Positions 1-9,750 are shown, numbered from the stretch's first letter. The stretch: DNA of 16,587 nt from Sulfurimonadaceae bacterium (GCA_041562555.1 JBFEXS010000044.1:1-16587); one strand, 5' to 3'. Notes: generated by a model from the sequence alone, not told the origin. A program made the numbers and translations.

Positions 1-165
1 ATTGAAAAAGGTGCCGTAAAACTTGGCATCGAGGCACCTTCGGATATTACTATCTTACGTGAAGAGCTTAAAGAAGCAGTTGCCGATGTCAACAAACAGG
101 CATCAGGTACAACCGATCAGCTGGGAAGTCTCCAGGACTTTATGAGTGGTTTCAAACATAAATGA
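1..165 (+). CDS. csrA: Carbon storage regulator CsrA, 5'-truncated by window edge
   Basis: Manual frame-1 translation [54 protein letters not shown] contains the CsrA VKLGIxAP..I.ILREEL motif and the Campylobacterota-type C-terminal extension. TGA at 163-165 overlaps the ispE ATG (ATGA). csrA-ispE-smpB order is conserved in this phylum. Confidence 0.9.
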   Translation: MEKGAVKLGIEAPSDITILREELKEAVADVNKQASGTTDQLGSLQDFMSGFKHK

Positions 166-932
166 AAAAATACAAGGCCTATGCCAAAGTCAATATCTTC
201 TTAAAGATTACAGGCAAGCGTGGGAATTATCATGAGATCTTCTCACGCTTTATGAAACTGCCGCATCTTTATGATGAACTCAGTTTTGAGACCAAGGAGA
301 GACCCGGCTTTGTCATCATCGGTGATTTTGACTGCGAAACCAAGCAAAACACCATCTATAAAGCTTATGAGGCTTTGCTCGCAGCAACCCATTCGGATGC
401 CCTGGCAAACCTTATAGAACGGTATGCCATACGGGTCGACAAACATATCCCGTCTTTTGCGGGATTAGGGGGTGGAAGTTCCGATGCAGCCACTTTTTTG
501 AAGATGTGCAATAATACCCTTGACCTTGGTTTGAGTCTGCATGAACTGGCACAGATCGGAGCCAAAGTCGGTGCCGATGTGCCCTTTTTCATCTATGACT
601 ATGACGCTGCCAATGTCTCCGGAATCGGGGAGATCGTTGAGAAATTCGATGAAAAAGCGCTGGAGCTTGAAACATTCACGCCCCAGATCAAGATCTCCAC
701 GCCAAAGGTCTATCAGACCTTTAGAGAACACTTTTATAAAGAGCTGGATCATGACACCTATGGAAAACTCAGTACCATGCCTTCACTAGAGATACTGCAG
801 ACCTACAGTATCTCGGAAGCCAATGATCTGTTTGAGCCGGCGCTACAACTGCACAGTGAACTCAAAAACAGCTACCAAAAAGGCTGGTTCTTCTCCGGAA
901 GCGGAAGCAGTTTCTTTAGACTTAAACCCTAA
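162..932 (+). CDS. ispE: 4-diphosphocytidyl-2-C-methyl-D-erythritol kinase
   Basis: N-terminal [23 protein letters not shown] kinase motif [25 protein letters not shown]-terminal SGSGSS. Confidence 0.96.
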   Translation: MKKYKAYAKVNIFLKITGKRGNYHEIFSRFMKLPHLYDELSFETKERPGFVIIGDFDCETKQNTIYKAYEALLAATHSDALANLIERYAIRVDKHIPSFAGLGGGSSDAATFLKMCNNTLDLGLSLHELAQIGAKVGADVPFFIYDYDAANVSGIGEIVEKFDEKALELETFTPQIKISTPKVYQTFREHFYKELDHDTYGKLSTMPSLEILQTYSISEANDLFEPALQLHSELKNSYQKGWFFSGSGSSFFRLKP

Positions 933-960
933 AACGAATAAATTTAATACGGAAAATATT

Positions 961-1413
961 ATGGGCGAGACAATAGCCACTAACAAAAAAGCCTTTCATA
1001 ACTATACTATCGAGGAAAAACTTGAAGCCGGTATTGAACTGTTCGGAAGCGAAGTCAAAGCACTTCGGGCAGGAAAAGCACAGCTCAAAGAGTCCTATGT
1101 TCGCTTTATCAAAGGTGAACTCTATCTTATGAATGCCCACATCGGCGTACTCGATACGACCCATGCCTATTATAAACATGAAGAGCGCCGTGTGCGTAAA
1201 CTCCTCGTGCATAAGAAACAGCTTGCAAAATTTGCCAAGGCTGTGGACAGAGATGGGATGACGATGGTATGTCTAAGCCTCTACTTTAACCATAAAAACC
1301 TTGTAAAAGCGCAGATTGCAACTGCTAAAGGTAAGCAGCTCCATGACAAGCGTGCCGATCTCAAAGCGAAAGATCAAAAACGTGATATTGAACGAAGCCT
1401 AAAGGGGTATTGA
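961..1413 (+). CDS. smpB: SsrA-binding protein SmpB
   Basis: [42 protein letters not shown]. Start reassigned to ATG 961 (GGAAAA upstream) rather than 823, which lies inside ispE. Confidence 0.96.
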   Translation: MGETIATNKKAFHNYTIEEKLEAGIELFGSEVKALRAGKAQLKESYVRFIKGELYLMNAHIGVLDTTHAYYKHEERRVRKLLVHKKQLAKFAKAVDRDGMTMVCLSLYFNHKNLVKAQIATAKGKQLHDKRADLKAKDQKRDIERSLKGY

Positions 1414-1414
1414 T

Positions 1415-2149
1415 ATGCGATTGACACCCGAACAGATCCGCGAGTTCCAGACCAACGGATTTTTATTGTTACCTCACTTTGCCGACCCCGCACTTTGTGA
1501 CGCCATCCTTGAGAAAGCAAACGAGCATCTGTCCCATAAGATTGAGCCGATAGAGAGTGAAGAGGAGTATCAACAGACCAATCATCAGGGCACGACGACC
1601 GTCCGCCGTCTTCGACAGGTCTACAACAGAGAACAGATCTTCCAAGAATGGATGACAAACCCTGAAATACGTCCAATATTGCAACAATTGCTAGAGGATG
1701 AACCCGTACTCTTACTGGCACACCATAATTCCATTATGACCAAATTACCTCAAAAAAGTTCTGTGACATCCTGGCATCAGGATATACGTTATTGGCATTA
1801 TGAGAATGACAACCTTCTCTCCGTCTGGCTGAGTCTTGGAGATGAGTTCTTGGAGAATGGTCTTTTAGAGTTTATTCCCGGCTCTCATAAGATGAAATTT
1901 ACCCTTGATCAGTTTGACGAACGTTCAAGCTTCAGGGATGACCTTCCCCAAAATAAAGAACTCATCTCTACACGGGTACATTTTAATCTGCAAAAGGGAG
2001 ATATTGTACTCTTTCATGCAAAGACACTGCATTATGCCCATCAAAATGAGACTGACAGGGCCAAGATCTCCTTTGTATATTCCTTACGCGCAGCATCCAA
2101 CAAACCGATTGCAAACACGCGAAGCGACTTCAAAGAGATCATCCTCTAG
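1415..2149 (+). CDS. PhyH-family Fe(II)/2-oxoglutarate dioxygenase (substrate unknown)
   Basis: N-terminal LTPEQIREFQTNGFL, HxD motif WHQD, NGLLEFIPGSHK, GDIVLFHAKTLH (distal His). Starts 1 nt after the smpB stop. Confidence 0.88.
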   Translation: MRLTPEQIREFQTNGFLLLPHFADPALCDAILEKANEHLSHKIEPIESEEEYQQTNHQGTTTVRRLRQVYNREQIFQEWMTNPEIRPILQQLLEDEPVLLLAHHNSIMTKLPQKSSVTSWHQDIRYWHYENDNLLSVWLSLGDEFLENGLLEFIPGSHKMKFTLDQFDERSSFRDDLPQNKELISTRVHFNLQKGDIVLFHAKTLHYAHQNETDRAKISFVYSLRAASNKPIANTRSDFKEIIL

Positions 2150-2154
2150 AGCGC

Positions 2155-2508
2155 ATGCTTATCCTCAGACAGTTTACTATCATCCTCTTTTTCTATCTTT
2201 TGGGAGAAGGGATCTCCTATCTTCTGCCCTTTAGTTTTCCCGGATCACTTATAGGAATGGGCCTGCTCTTTTTTGCTCTCATGTCCAAGTTGGTAAAACT
2301 CGAAGATATCAATACTGTTTCACACTTCTTCTTAAAATATATGGCACTCTTTTTCATTCCTGCCGGCGTATCTGTGATGACCTCCTATGACCTGATCAAA
2401 GCAGAACTTCTGCCTGTAGTTCTTGTCATAACCCTCTCCACTATCTTTATGCTTGCCCTTATTTCCAAGCTTGTTGACTTTTTTGTCCGCAAGGTTGAAG
2501 ATGTCTGA
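2155..2508 (+). CDS. CidA/LrgA family membrane protein
   Basis: 117 aa, hydrophobic, motifs LGEGI, FPGSLIGMGLLF, MALFFIPAGV; directly upstream of an LrgB-family gene. Confidence 0.9.
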   Translation: MLILRQFTIILFFYLLGEGISYLLPFSFPGSLIGMGLLFFALMSKLVKLEDINTVSHFFLKYMALFFIPAGVSVMTSYDLIKAELLPVVLVITLSTIFMLALISKLVDFFVRKVEDV

Positions 2509-3196
2509 ACTTTTGTTTAATCCTCTCTTTGGAGTTTTTCTGACCCTGGTTTGTGCATCCGTGTTTTGGTACCTCAAAACATTGAGATATCTCTCCTTCA
2601 TCAACCCTTTGCTCTTTTCTATAATCTTGATCATTTCATTGCTGCAAAGTCTTAATATACCCTATGAAGCGTACAAACAAGGGGGTGAGCTTATTCATCT
2701 CTTTTTAGGTCCGATCACCGTTGTCCTTGCCGTTCCCCTTTATGAACACAAAAAAGAACTGATGCGTCATAAAACAGCCATCTTCTTAGGTACGACCGTT
2801 GGTTCCCTATCAGCTCTGATTTCTGTTTTTGTCCTTGGCAAGTTTCTTGGGCTTTCCCAACTGTTTATCTCATCCCTCTTGCCAAAATCGATGACGACAC
2901 CTATCGGTATCTCAGCTTCACATATGCTTGATGCCATTATCGGTCTATCCGTTATCAGTATTGTTATCACCGGTATCTTTGGCGCACTCATCGCCCCCCT
3001 TGTCTTCAGGATACTCGGGATTAAAAGTTCCATTGCCAAAGGTGTTGCCCTGGGTACGACATCCCACGCTATCGGGACAGCCAAGGCTTATGAACTTGAC
3101 AAACTCTGTGGTGCTATGAGCAGTTTAAGTATTGCCTTGGCCGGACTTATCAGTGTAATATGGATTGTCTTGTTGAATGTTTTGGGTAGTGTTTAA
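2501..3196 (+). CDS. LrgB/CidB family membrane protein
   Basis: LGPITVVLAVPLY, SLLPKSMTTPIG, AKGVALGTTSHAIGTAKA. Start assigned to ATG 2501 (AAGG upstream, 8-nt overlap with the cidA-like gene). Confidence 0.9.
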   Translation: MSELLFNPLFGVFLTLVCASVFWYLKTLRYLSFINPLLFSIILIISLLQSLNIPYEAYKQGGELIHLFLGPITVVLAVPLYEHKKELMRHKTAIFLGTTVGSLSALISVFVLGKFLGLSQLFISSLLPKSMTTPIGISASHMLDAIIGLSVISIVITGIFGALIAPLVFRILGIKSSIAKGVALGTTSHAIGTAKAYELDKLCGAMSSLSIALAGLISVIWIVLLNVLGSV

Positions 3197-3210
3197 ATAG
3201 AGTAATATGT

Positions 3211-3234
3211 AAAGAATAACACCCGAAGGTGTTA
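3211..3234 (-). terminator. Intrinsic terminator of the petABC transcript (possibly bidirectional)
   Basis: Minus strand TAACACC-TTCG-GGTGTTA (7-bp stem, C(UUCG)G tetraloop) followed by TTCTTT, 7 nt after the petC stop, between convergent genes. Confidence 0.75.
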
Positions 3235-3241
3235 AGAGAGA

Positions 3242-4306
3242 TTAATGCAGGTCTTTCCAGATCTGTTTTTTCCATAAGAAAGCTGCAATGATAAAGAAGA
3301 GCATATAGATCATGACATACATACCCACTCTGTTGCGTTCCTCTTTTTTAGGATCACCCGCTTCTTCCAGATATGCTACAACTTTTTCAGCTGCTTCAGC
3401 ATTCACCCCGACACGTGGCATAGAAGTCCCAAGCAGAAGTTGCTGAGGGTCTTCGATAAACGCAGAGATATAATGTTCCCCGCGTGAACGGATATACATA
3501 GAAAGATCCGGAGGAAGTTTCCCCATGTATCCTGTGATACCTTCTTGTGCATCCAAGTGTTTGATATCGAATGCAAGGGCATCACGTTTATCTTTGAAGC
3601 TTGGTTTTGTACCTACCAGTGTCCAGTTTTTATAACGTACGTCATGACAACGTCCACAGGCATCTTGAAAAGCCACAGCTGGCGTGATCTCTTCTGTATG
3701 TGGTGCTATCTTCTGAAGATACGCGATTACATCTACGATCTGCTGATCCTCTGTCACCATATACTTAACACTGTCCATCTGGTGACTGCGCACGATGGAG
3801 AACTTGTGATCCACATTCGATGCCATTGCAGGGTCCTTGATCAGACCGATCAGATAGTTACGGTCATACAGGGCACCCGCAGTCTCAAGATCCGGAGGAA
3901 CGACACCGCCCATGGATACACTACCACCACCGATATGACAACCTGTACAGCCGGCATCATACACTGCTTCACCGGCGACAGGGTCACCATTAAGTTTAGC
4001 AATACGCTCTACATCCGCCCAAAAGGCTTTTTTGGCGTCACGTCTTGCCTCAGCGGCTTTCATCTCTTCATCCAGAGCTGCCAGTTTGGCAGCATCGGGC
4101 TTTTCAACCTCTTTTGCTGCTTTGATATCTTCTCTGATCTTAGTGATTTTTGTATCAACCTCGGCAATATCTGACTCACCGTTGTATACAAAGCCTTTGA
4201 TCTCCACATGCTTGTGCATCTGCCCATGGGCAAACGGCTCAACCAAAAAATACGTCAGAAGTGAAAAGGCAACAACGACGCTTAAAATTACTAGTTCTTT
4301 TTTCAT
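3242..4306 (-). CDS. petC: Di-heme cytochrome c1 subunit of the cytochrome bc complex
   Basis: Two CxxCH motifs (CTGCH, CGRCH), two PPDL motifs, GTSMPRVG, C-terminal TM anchor ending WKKQIWKDLH; follows petB. Confidence 0.93.
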   Translation of the reverse strand: MKKELVILSVVVAFSLLTYFLVEPFAHGQMHKHVEIKGFVYNGESDIAEVDTKITKIREDIKAAKEVEKPDAAKLAALDEEMKAAEARRDAKKAFWADVERIAKLNGDPVAGEAVYDAGCTGCHIGGGSVSMGGVVPPDLETAGALYDRNYLIGLIKDPAMASNVDHKFSIVRSHQMDSVKYMVTEDQQIVDVIAYLQKIAPHTEEITPAVAFQDACGRCHDVRYKNWTLVGTKPSFKDKRDALAFDIKHLDAQEGITGYMGKLPPDLSMYIRSRGEHYISAFIEDPQQLLLGTSMPRVGVNAEAAEKVVAYLEEAGDPKKEERNRVGMYVMIYMLFFIIAAFLWKKQIWKDLH

Positions 4307-4316
4307 CTATTGTCCC

Positions 4317-5531
4317 TTACAGCTTTTTTTCAGATTTAGTGATAAATGGCAATGCGATCCATAATACAAAGAACATATAAGCCGCATACATACCAATTGT
4401 ATTCCAAGCACCCTCCGGTGGAAGTTTACCCATAGCAGTCAATACAATCAAATCCACTACCATCAACCAGAACCAGATCGCAAAAGGGCCCCTTCGGTTT
4501 GCCGGCGCGACATTCTCGCTTCTGTCCATAAACGGCAATGCGAAGAAGATCACCTGCGCGATACCGAATGCGATCAGACCTACATCCTTACCAAACGGAC
4601 GTAAGATTTCATATGACCATAGGAAATACCATTCCGGATAGATATGTGCCGGTGTCACAAGACCGTTTGCCGGATCAAAGTTGATCGGATCCATCGCAAA
4701 ACCGTAGTGCCAGAAGGTCAAGTAAAAGAAGAACATCAGGAAGACCGAGACAACAAACATATCCTTAGACATAAAGTCATTCGCAAAACGAATCACTTTT
4801 GAATCGGCTTTGTCTCCGTCCAGATATTTTTTTGACTCAGCTTCAAAATCAATCTCTTCACCATCCTGATTATTAACATGAGGAATACGAAGTGCCGCAA
4901 AGTGAACACCGATAAGCGCGATGATCGCCAACGGAAGTAAGAGTACGTGCAGCATAAAGAAACGGTTCAAGAAAGCTTGTCCAGGGACATAATCACCACG
5001 GATCCACTCAACTACACCGTTAAGCTCCAGCGAACCTGCAGAGAAAAGGTTGGTAATTACCATACCTGCCCAGTAAGACATTTGACCCCATGGAAGCATA
5101 TACCCCGAAAACGCCTCTGCAGAGAAGGTCACGAACAGAAGCATTCCTGAGATCCAGATCATCTCACGACCTTTCTTATATGAGCCGTAGTAGATACCCG
5201 TCAACATATGGATATAAATGATCAAGAAGACGACTGAAGCCGCTACCGCATGAATATGTCTCCACAACCAACCAAAACCGACCTCCTGCATGATCGTGTA
5301 GTTTACACTGTCAAAGGCAGTCTCGATATTTGGCTGATAATACATCAATAAAAAGATACCGGAGATAAGAAGTAGACCAAAAGTCACTGCCAATACCATC
5401 CCCATTGCCCATAGGAAGTTTATGTTTTTTGGGATCCAATATTCGGAAGCCATGACTTTTTCGACTTTTTCAATTGCAAGACGTTGATTCAACCAGTCTT
5501 TTACACTTGTTGCTTTTGTAAATTTTGCCAT
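4317..5531 (-). CDS. petB: Cytochrome b of the bc complex
   Basis: GWLWRHIHAVAAS, YIHML, GYMLPWGQMSYW, RFFMLHVLLLP..GVHF, PAHIYPEWYF (PEWY motif). Confidence 0.97.
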   Translation of the reverse strand: MAKFTKATSVKDWLNQRLAIEKVEKVMASEYWIPKNINFLWAMGMVLAVTFGLLLISGIFLLMYYQPNIETAFDSVNYTIMQEVGFGWLWRHIHAVAASVVFLIIYIHMLTGIYYGSYKKGREMIWISGMLLFVTFSAEAFSGYMLPWGQMSYWAGMVITNLFSAGSLELNGVVEWIRGDYVPGQAFLNRFFMLHVLLLPLAIIALIGVHFAALRIPHVNNQDGEEIDFEAESKKYLDGDKADSKVIRFANDFMSKDMFVVSVFLMFFFYLTFWHYGFAMDPINFDPANGLVTPAHIYPEWYFLWSYEILRPFGKDVGLIAFGIAQVIFFALPFMDRSENVAPANRRGPFAIWFWLMVVDLIVLTAMGKLPPEGAWNTIGMYAAYMFFVLWIALPFITKSEKKL

Positions 5532-5544
5532 CTGTTTCCCTTCC

Positions 5545-6069
5545 TTAAGCGACGACGCCGTCAGCTTTCATTTTTTGATATTCTGGGCCCTCTTCACCAA
5601 GCATAACGATATTGCCCGTTATTTTGAATGGAGGGATGACAAGCGGTGATGGAGGTGGGGACTTCGTCTGAATACCGGAAGCATTGAACTCTCCACCATG
5701 GCATGCACACTGAAAATCTTTCTTCGCATCTCTGTAGGCAGGAATACATCCCAGATGCGTACACAGACCGATCGTGATCATATAGTGACTTCCATCAACA
5801 ATAACATCACGAGCCAGCTCTTCTGCACTCTGACCAGCAACCATTTCTGCCGTTTTTTTCAAAACGAAGATCGGTTTGCCACGCCATTTTTCAACAACAA
5901 GTTTGTTCTCTTCGATTCGAGATAGATCGATCTCAGTAAAACCCGCTGCCTTTACACTTGGAAGTGGATCCCATGAGCTTTTCATCGCTACTAAAGAACC
6001 AACCGCCCCAATACCAGCAACAGCACCGAATGCTTTGCCCATAAATCCGCGTCTGCTTGACTTTTCCAT
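5545..6069 (-). CDS. petA: Rieske iron-sulfur subunit of the bc complex
   Basis: Tat motif SRRGFM; Rieske boxes CTHLGC and CACHGGEF (Gly/Phe at the positions typical of low-potential, menaquinol-oxidising Rieske proteins). Confidence 0.96.
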   Translation of the reverse strand: MEKSSRRGFMGKAFGAVAGIGAVGSLVAMKSSWDPLPSVKAAGFTEIDLSRIEENKLVVEKWRGKPIFVLKKTAEMVAGQSAEELARDVIVDGSHYMITIGLCTHLGCIPAYRDAKKDFQCACHGGEFNASGIQTKSPPPSPLVIPPFKITGNIVMLGEEGPEYQKMKADGVVA

Positions 6070-6272
6070 TATTTCTCACTTTTATGACTTAAATTCCAAC
6101 TATCTTATGACCTAGGTATCTGCATCTGTCATACATAATCGGCTTGTTCATGAATATAACCTGCTTATAATACTGATTTATGATTTAAATAAGAGTTAAG
6201 TCAGTGATTTTTAAAAAAAATACACTATTTTTGTAGCATTTACACATTTCTCGGATTACGCGTGTATATTAT

Positions 6273-6329
6273 AGGATGGAGGCCTGGGGTCAATGGGGAC
6301 CTGTTCTTTTAGACCTGTCCATCCATCCT
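6273..6329. repeat. GC-rich nested inverted repeat between mnmG and petA
   Basis: AGGATGGA (6273-6280) / TCCATCCT (6322-6329) enclose GGTC-AATGGG-GACC (6288-6301); GACCTGT occurs twice (6298-6304, 6312-6318). Function unknown. Confidence 0.5.
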
Positions 6330-6341
6330 CTTTAAAAACCT

Positions 6342-8231
6342 TTATTCGGAGGTTTTTGATTCGCTTTTTTGCCCCATCTTAATATAAATCTGTAATATCT
6401 CGATTGCGGCCGGAGTAACCCCTGAAATCTGTGAAGCGGCCTGCAGCGTCGGTGGATTGAACTTCTCAAACTTCTCGATCATCTCATTGCTTAGGCCTTT
6501 GACGATTTTAAAATCAAAGCCTTCAGGGATCTTCATCTTAAGCTGTTTTTTCATCTTGTTGATGTCGTTGAGCTGTTTTTCGATGTAACGGGCATATTTT
6601 GCTTCGATCAGGATCTGATTTTGCACATACTCGCTGTACTCGGCAATACGCGGCTCAAGTTTAAGAAGCTTATCCAGGGTAAAACTTTTACGCGCAGCGA
6701 TATTGATTGCCTTGGTCTTATCGGTAATATGCATCTCGTCCATGGACTCTAAAAAGGCCAAGAACTCTTTATTCGGCTTGCACTCTTGTTCGTTCAAATA
6801 TTTGACACCCGCTTCTATCTGTGACTTTTTCAATGCGACTTCTGCCATCTCTTCATCACTGATCAGGCCCAGCTCATGTCCATAATGACTCAAACGAAGA
6901 TCCGCGGACTCTTCTCTAAGCAGGAGTCTGTATTCTGCTCTTGAGGTGAACATACGATACGGCTCTTTTGTCCCTTTAGTCACCAGATCATCGATCATCA
7001 CACCGATATACGCTTCATCCCGTCTCAGGACAAAAGGTTCATTCCCCTGATTTGCCAATGCAGCATTGATCCCTGCCATCAATCCTTGGGCTGCAGCCTC
7101 TTCATATCCTGTCGTGCCATTAATCTGACCTGCGAGATACAGGTTTTTAATCTTTTTTGTTTCCATCGAATGGGTAAGATCGGTAGGATTTACATAATCA
7201 TACTCAATCGCATATCCATAACGTACGATACGGGCATTTTCCAGCCCCTTAACCGAATGGATCATGTCACGTTGTACATCCGGTGGCAGTGAGGTTGACA
7301 TCCCATTGACATACACCTCAGTGTTTTCCCAGGTTTGAGGCTCGATAAAGAGATGATGTCGGTCTTTGTCTCTAAAACGGTTGATCTTGTCTTCAATACT
7401 CGGACAGTAACGCGGCCCTACTCCTTCGATCTGACCCGAAAACAAAGGAGCCCTATGAAAATTCGATTCGATGATCTCATGCGTTCTTTCATTGGTATAC
7501 GCAATAAAACATGGAAGCTGCTGCTTCTCTTTTACAAACGCTTCTCTGTCGGTTCTAAAGGAAAAAGGTGCAGGAAGTTCATCTCCCGGTTGCTCTTCCA
7601 AGACTGAGTAATCAATGCTCGAACTGTCTACACGGGGGCAGGTACCCGTCTTAAGACGACCTATATCCAATCCAAGTTCCCTTAATTGCAGACCCAGTTT
7701 TTTTGCAGAAAACTCACCAAACCGTCCCGCTTCATGCGTCGTTTCACCGATATGGATCACCCCTTGTAAAAAGGTTCCCGTAGTCAAGATCACCTTTGAA
7801 GCCATAAACTCGTTTAGGAACTCCGTCTTGACACCGACGACACTATCCCCATCCATGATAAGCTCATCTACCGTTTCCTGGATCAATTCAAGATTCGGAG
7901 TGTTCAGGGTGATATTACGGGCAATGACACGATAGCGGTCCATATCAATCTGTGCCCGTGTTCCACGGACAGCAGGTCCTTTGGCAGCATTGAGTATACG
8001 AAATTGTATCCCTGCCTCATCGGTGATCAAACCCATCTGACCTCCCAAGGCATCCAGTTCTTTGACCAGATGTCCCTTAGCCAGTCCACCTACGGCAGGG
8101 TTACAAGAGGTAGCACCAACATTTTCAGCGAGCATTGAAATCAAGAGGGTACGTTGATTCATACGTGCGGCAGACAGAGCGGCTTCAATCCCGGCGTGTC
8201 CTCCACCGACAACAATTACATCATATTGCAT
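6342..8231 (-). CDS. mnmG: tRNA uridine-5-carboxymethylaminomethyl(34) synthesis enzyme MnmG (GidA)
   Basis: [93 protein letters not shown] upstream. Confidence 0.98.
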   Translation of the reverse strand: MQYDVIVVGGGHAGIEAALSAARMNQRTLLISMLAENVGATSCNPAVGGLAKGHLVKELDALGGQMGLITDEAGIQFRILNAAKGPAVRGTRAQIDMDRYRVIARNITLNTPNLELIQETVDELIMDGDSVVGVKTEFLNEFMASKVILTTGTFLQGVIHIGETTHEAGRFGEFSAKKLGLQLRELGLDIGRLKTGTCPRVDSSSIDYSVLEEQPGDELPAPFSFRTDREAFVKEKQQLPCFIAYTNERTHEIIESNFHRAPLFSGQIEGVGPRYCPSIEDKINRFRDKDRHHLFIEPQTWENTEVYVNGMSTSLPPDVQRDMIHSVKGLENARIVRYGYAIEYDYVNPTDLTHSMETKKIKNLYLAGQINGTTGYEEAAAQGLMAGINAALANQGNEPFVLRRDEAYIGVMIDDLVTKGTKEPYRMFTSRAEYRLLLREESADLRLSHYGHELGLISDEEMAEVALKKSQIEAGVKYLNEQECKPNKEFLAFLESMDEMHITDKTKAINIAARKSFTLDKLLKLEPRIAEYSEYVQNQILIEAKYARYIEKQLNDINKMKKQLKMKIPEGFDFKIVKGLSNEMIEKFEKFNPPTLQAASQISGVTPAAIEILQIYIKMGQKSESKTSE

Positions 8232-8282
8232 TAGCAGTCCTTCTGAACCTATTTTAAAGGTTGAGAAAATTTTAATAATGAA

Positions 8283-8291
8283 ATTATACCC
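8283..8291 (-). promoter_or_regulatory. Probable sigma70 -10 box for mnmG
   Basis: Minus strand GGGTATAAT (TATAAT at 8288-8283), about 50 nt upstream of the ATG in an AT-rich divergent spacer. Confidence 0.55.
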
Positions 8292-8382
8292 TTAATATAT
8301 GCCTTTGCCTAGTTTCTGCGTATATTCAGCTCTGTTACATAAGAGTTTCTTATCTTATTAACTGATGATTTGCAATTAACTT

Positions 8383-8391
8383 TGTTATACT
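8383..8391 (+). promoter_or_regulatory. Probable extended -10 box for the kinase gene
   Basis: TGTTATACT (TGn-TATACT) 65 nt upstream of ATG 8457. Confidence 0.45.
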
Positions 8392-8456
8392 TGCCTAGCT
8401 TTATGTTAATGAGATAGAATTATTATAACTACAAGGAAACAGGTGGCGATACGATT

Positions 8457-9692
8457 ATGTCTGATATGATGTTATTTGCAGATGATGACACACCAGAAAC
8501 AAAACCGAGAGAGGATGCATGGAAACTCTTTATTGTCGATGATGATAAAGACATTCATGAGATCACGAAATTAGCCCTTAAAGATCTTAAGTTTAAGGAC
8601 AAAACCATCTCTTTTGAGTCAGCCTTCAGCGCTGAAGAAGCGATCAATGAACTCAAAACCAATCCAAAGTTTGCCATTGTATTACTTGACATTGGCATGG
8701 AGACATCCGATGCAGGTCTTGAAGTTGCGAACTTTATCCGCAAACAACTCAATGACAACCTTACTCGTATCATTATCCGGACAGGTCAGCCGGGAGAGAC
8801 ACCTGAGCGTGAGATCATAGATGATTATGATATCAATGATTTCAAATCAAAAACAGAGCTCACCATTGAACGTCTTTTTAGTACGATTCGAACAGCCATC
8901 GCCCAATATGATCAGATCAATGAACTCGCTAAACTTAATGCCGAACTCGAAGAACGCATCGAACGCGCGTTAATCGCCCAGGAAGAGCAGCAAAAAGCCC
9001 TTATGTTACAAGATCGTACCGTACAGATGGGTGAACTCTTGAATATGCTTGCCCACCAATGGCGTCAGCCATTATCACGCATATCTGCTGTTACCTCCCA
9101 ACTGAAGTTTTCTCTTGCTTTGGGAGAACTCAACACAGAAGAGTTTGACAAACAGGTCGACAGTATTGAAAAATATACCGATGAGCTTTCACATACCATT
9201 GATGAGTTTAGAGCTGTCTATAAACCGAGTGAAACCGACAAGAAAGTGCCCCTGTGTGAACTCTTGGACAAGGCGGTATCTATTATCAATGCTTCTTTCA
9301 ATAATGACACGATCCAGATTCATCTTGACTGTGCAACAGATGACCGGAAGCACTTTGTATCCACTGCCTTGTATCAGGTTATCCTTAACCTATTAAAAAA
9401 TTCTGAAGAAGCCTTTATAGGGCAAGAGATTGAAGATCCAAACATAAATATCTCCTTCTCCTTTCTTGATGATGCTATCAAGATCTATATTGCCGACAAT
9501 GCAGGTGGAATCAATGAAGAAGACCTGGAGCGTATTTTCGAGCCGTACTTTTCGACCAAAGAAAAGAGAAATGGTCATGGGCTCGGGCTCTACATGAGCA
9601 AGAATATTCTCGAACAGCACTGTGATGGAAAGATCGAAGTTAAAAACACCTCTGCAGGTGCCTGTTTCACAATTACTCTTGCAAATAAATAA
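8457..9692 (+). CDS. Cytoplasmic hybrid histidine kinase (REC-coiled coil-HisKA-HATPase)
   Basis: Receiver motifs IVDDD, LLDIGM, RTGQPG, FKSK; H-box LAHQWRQPLS; N-box NLLKNSEEA; G1 DNAGGI; F IFEPYFSTK; G2 GHGLGLY. No transmembrane segment. Confidence 0.92.
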   Translation: MSDMMLFADDDTPETKPREDAWKLFIVDDDKDIHEITKLALKDLKFKDKTISFESAFSAEEAINELKTNPKFAIVLLDIGMETSDAGLEVANFIRKQLNDNLTRIIIRTGQPGETPEREIIDDYDINDFKSKTELTIERLFSTIRTAIAQYDQINELAKLNAELEERIERALIAQEEQQKALMLQDRTVQMGELLNMLAHQWRQPLSRISAVTSQLKFSLALGELNTEEFDKQVDSIEKYTDELSHTIDEFRAVYKPSETDKKVPLCELLDKAVSIINASFNNDTIQIHLDCATDDRKHFVSTALYQVILNLLKNSEEAFIGQEIEDPNINISFSFLDDAIKIYIADNAGGINEEDLERIFEPYFSTKEKRNGHGLGLYMSKNILEQHCDGKIEVKNTSAGACFTITLANK

Positions 9693-9750
9693 TTCTATAA
9701 CCTAGACTTTATTATACTTGCGGAACTAAATCAATTATGAAGATATTACA

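Noticed and set aside
823..960. 46-aa N-terminal extension of SmpB in the ORF track
   Set aside because: It overlaps ispE in another frame; SmpB similarity begins at ATG 961, which has its own RBS-like sequence.
2453..2500. Upstream start for the LrgB-family gene
   Set aside because: It lies inside the cidA-like gene; ATG 2501 gives the usual short overlap and a plausible RBS.
2155..3196. Holin/antiholin pair as a prophage sign
   Set aside because: CidA/LrgB genes are ordinary chromosomal membrane or transport genes, and no phage, integrase or att features are nearby.
3545..4364. Long + strand ORFs (209 aa and 110 aa) antisense to petC
   Set aside because: They lie opposite a well-supported gene, have no recognisable motifs, and look like shadow ORFs.
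8305..8398. TTGCCTAG direct repeat (8305-8312, 8391-8398)
   Set aside because: Only two 8-nt copies with no supporting symmetry; not distinguishable from chance.
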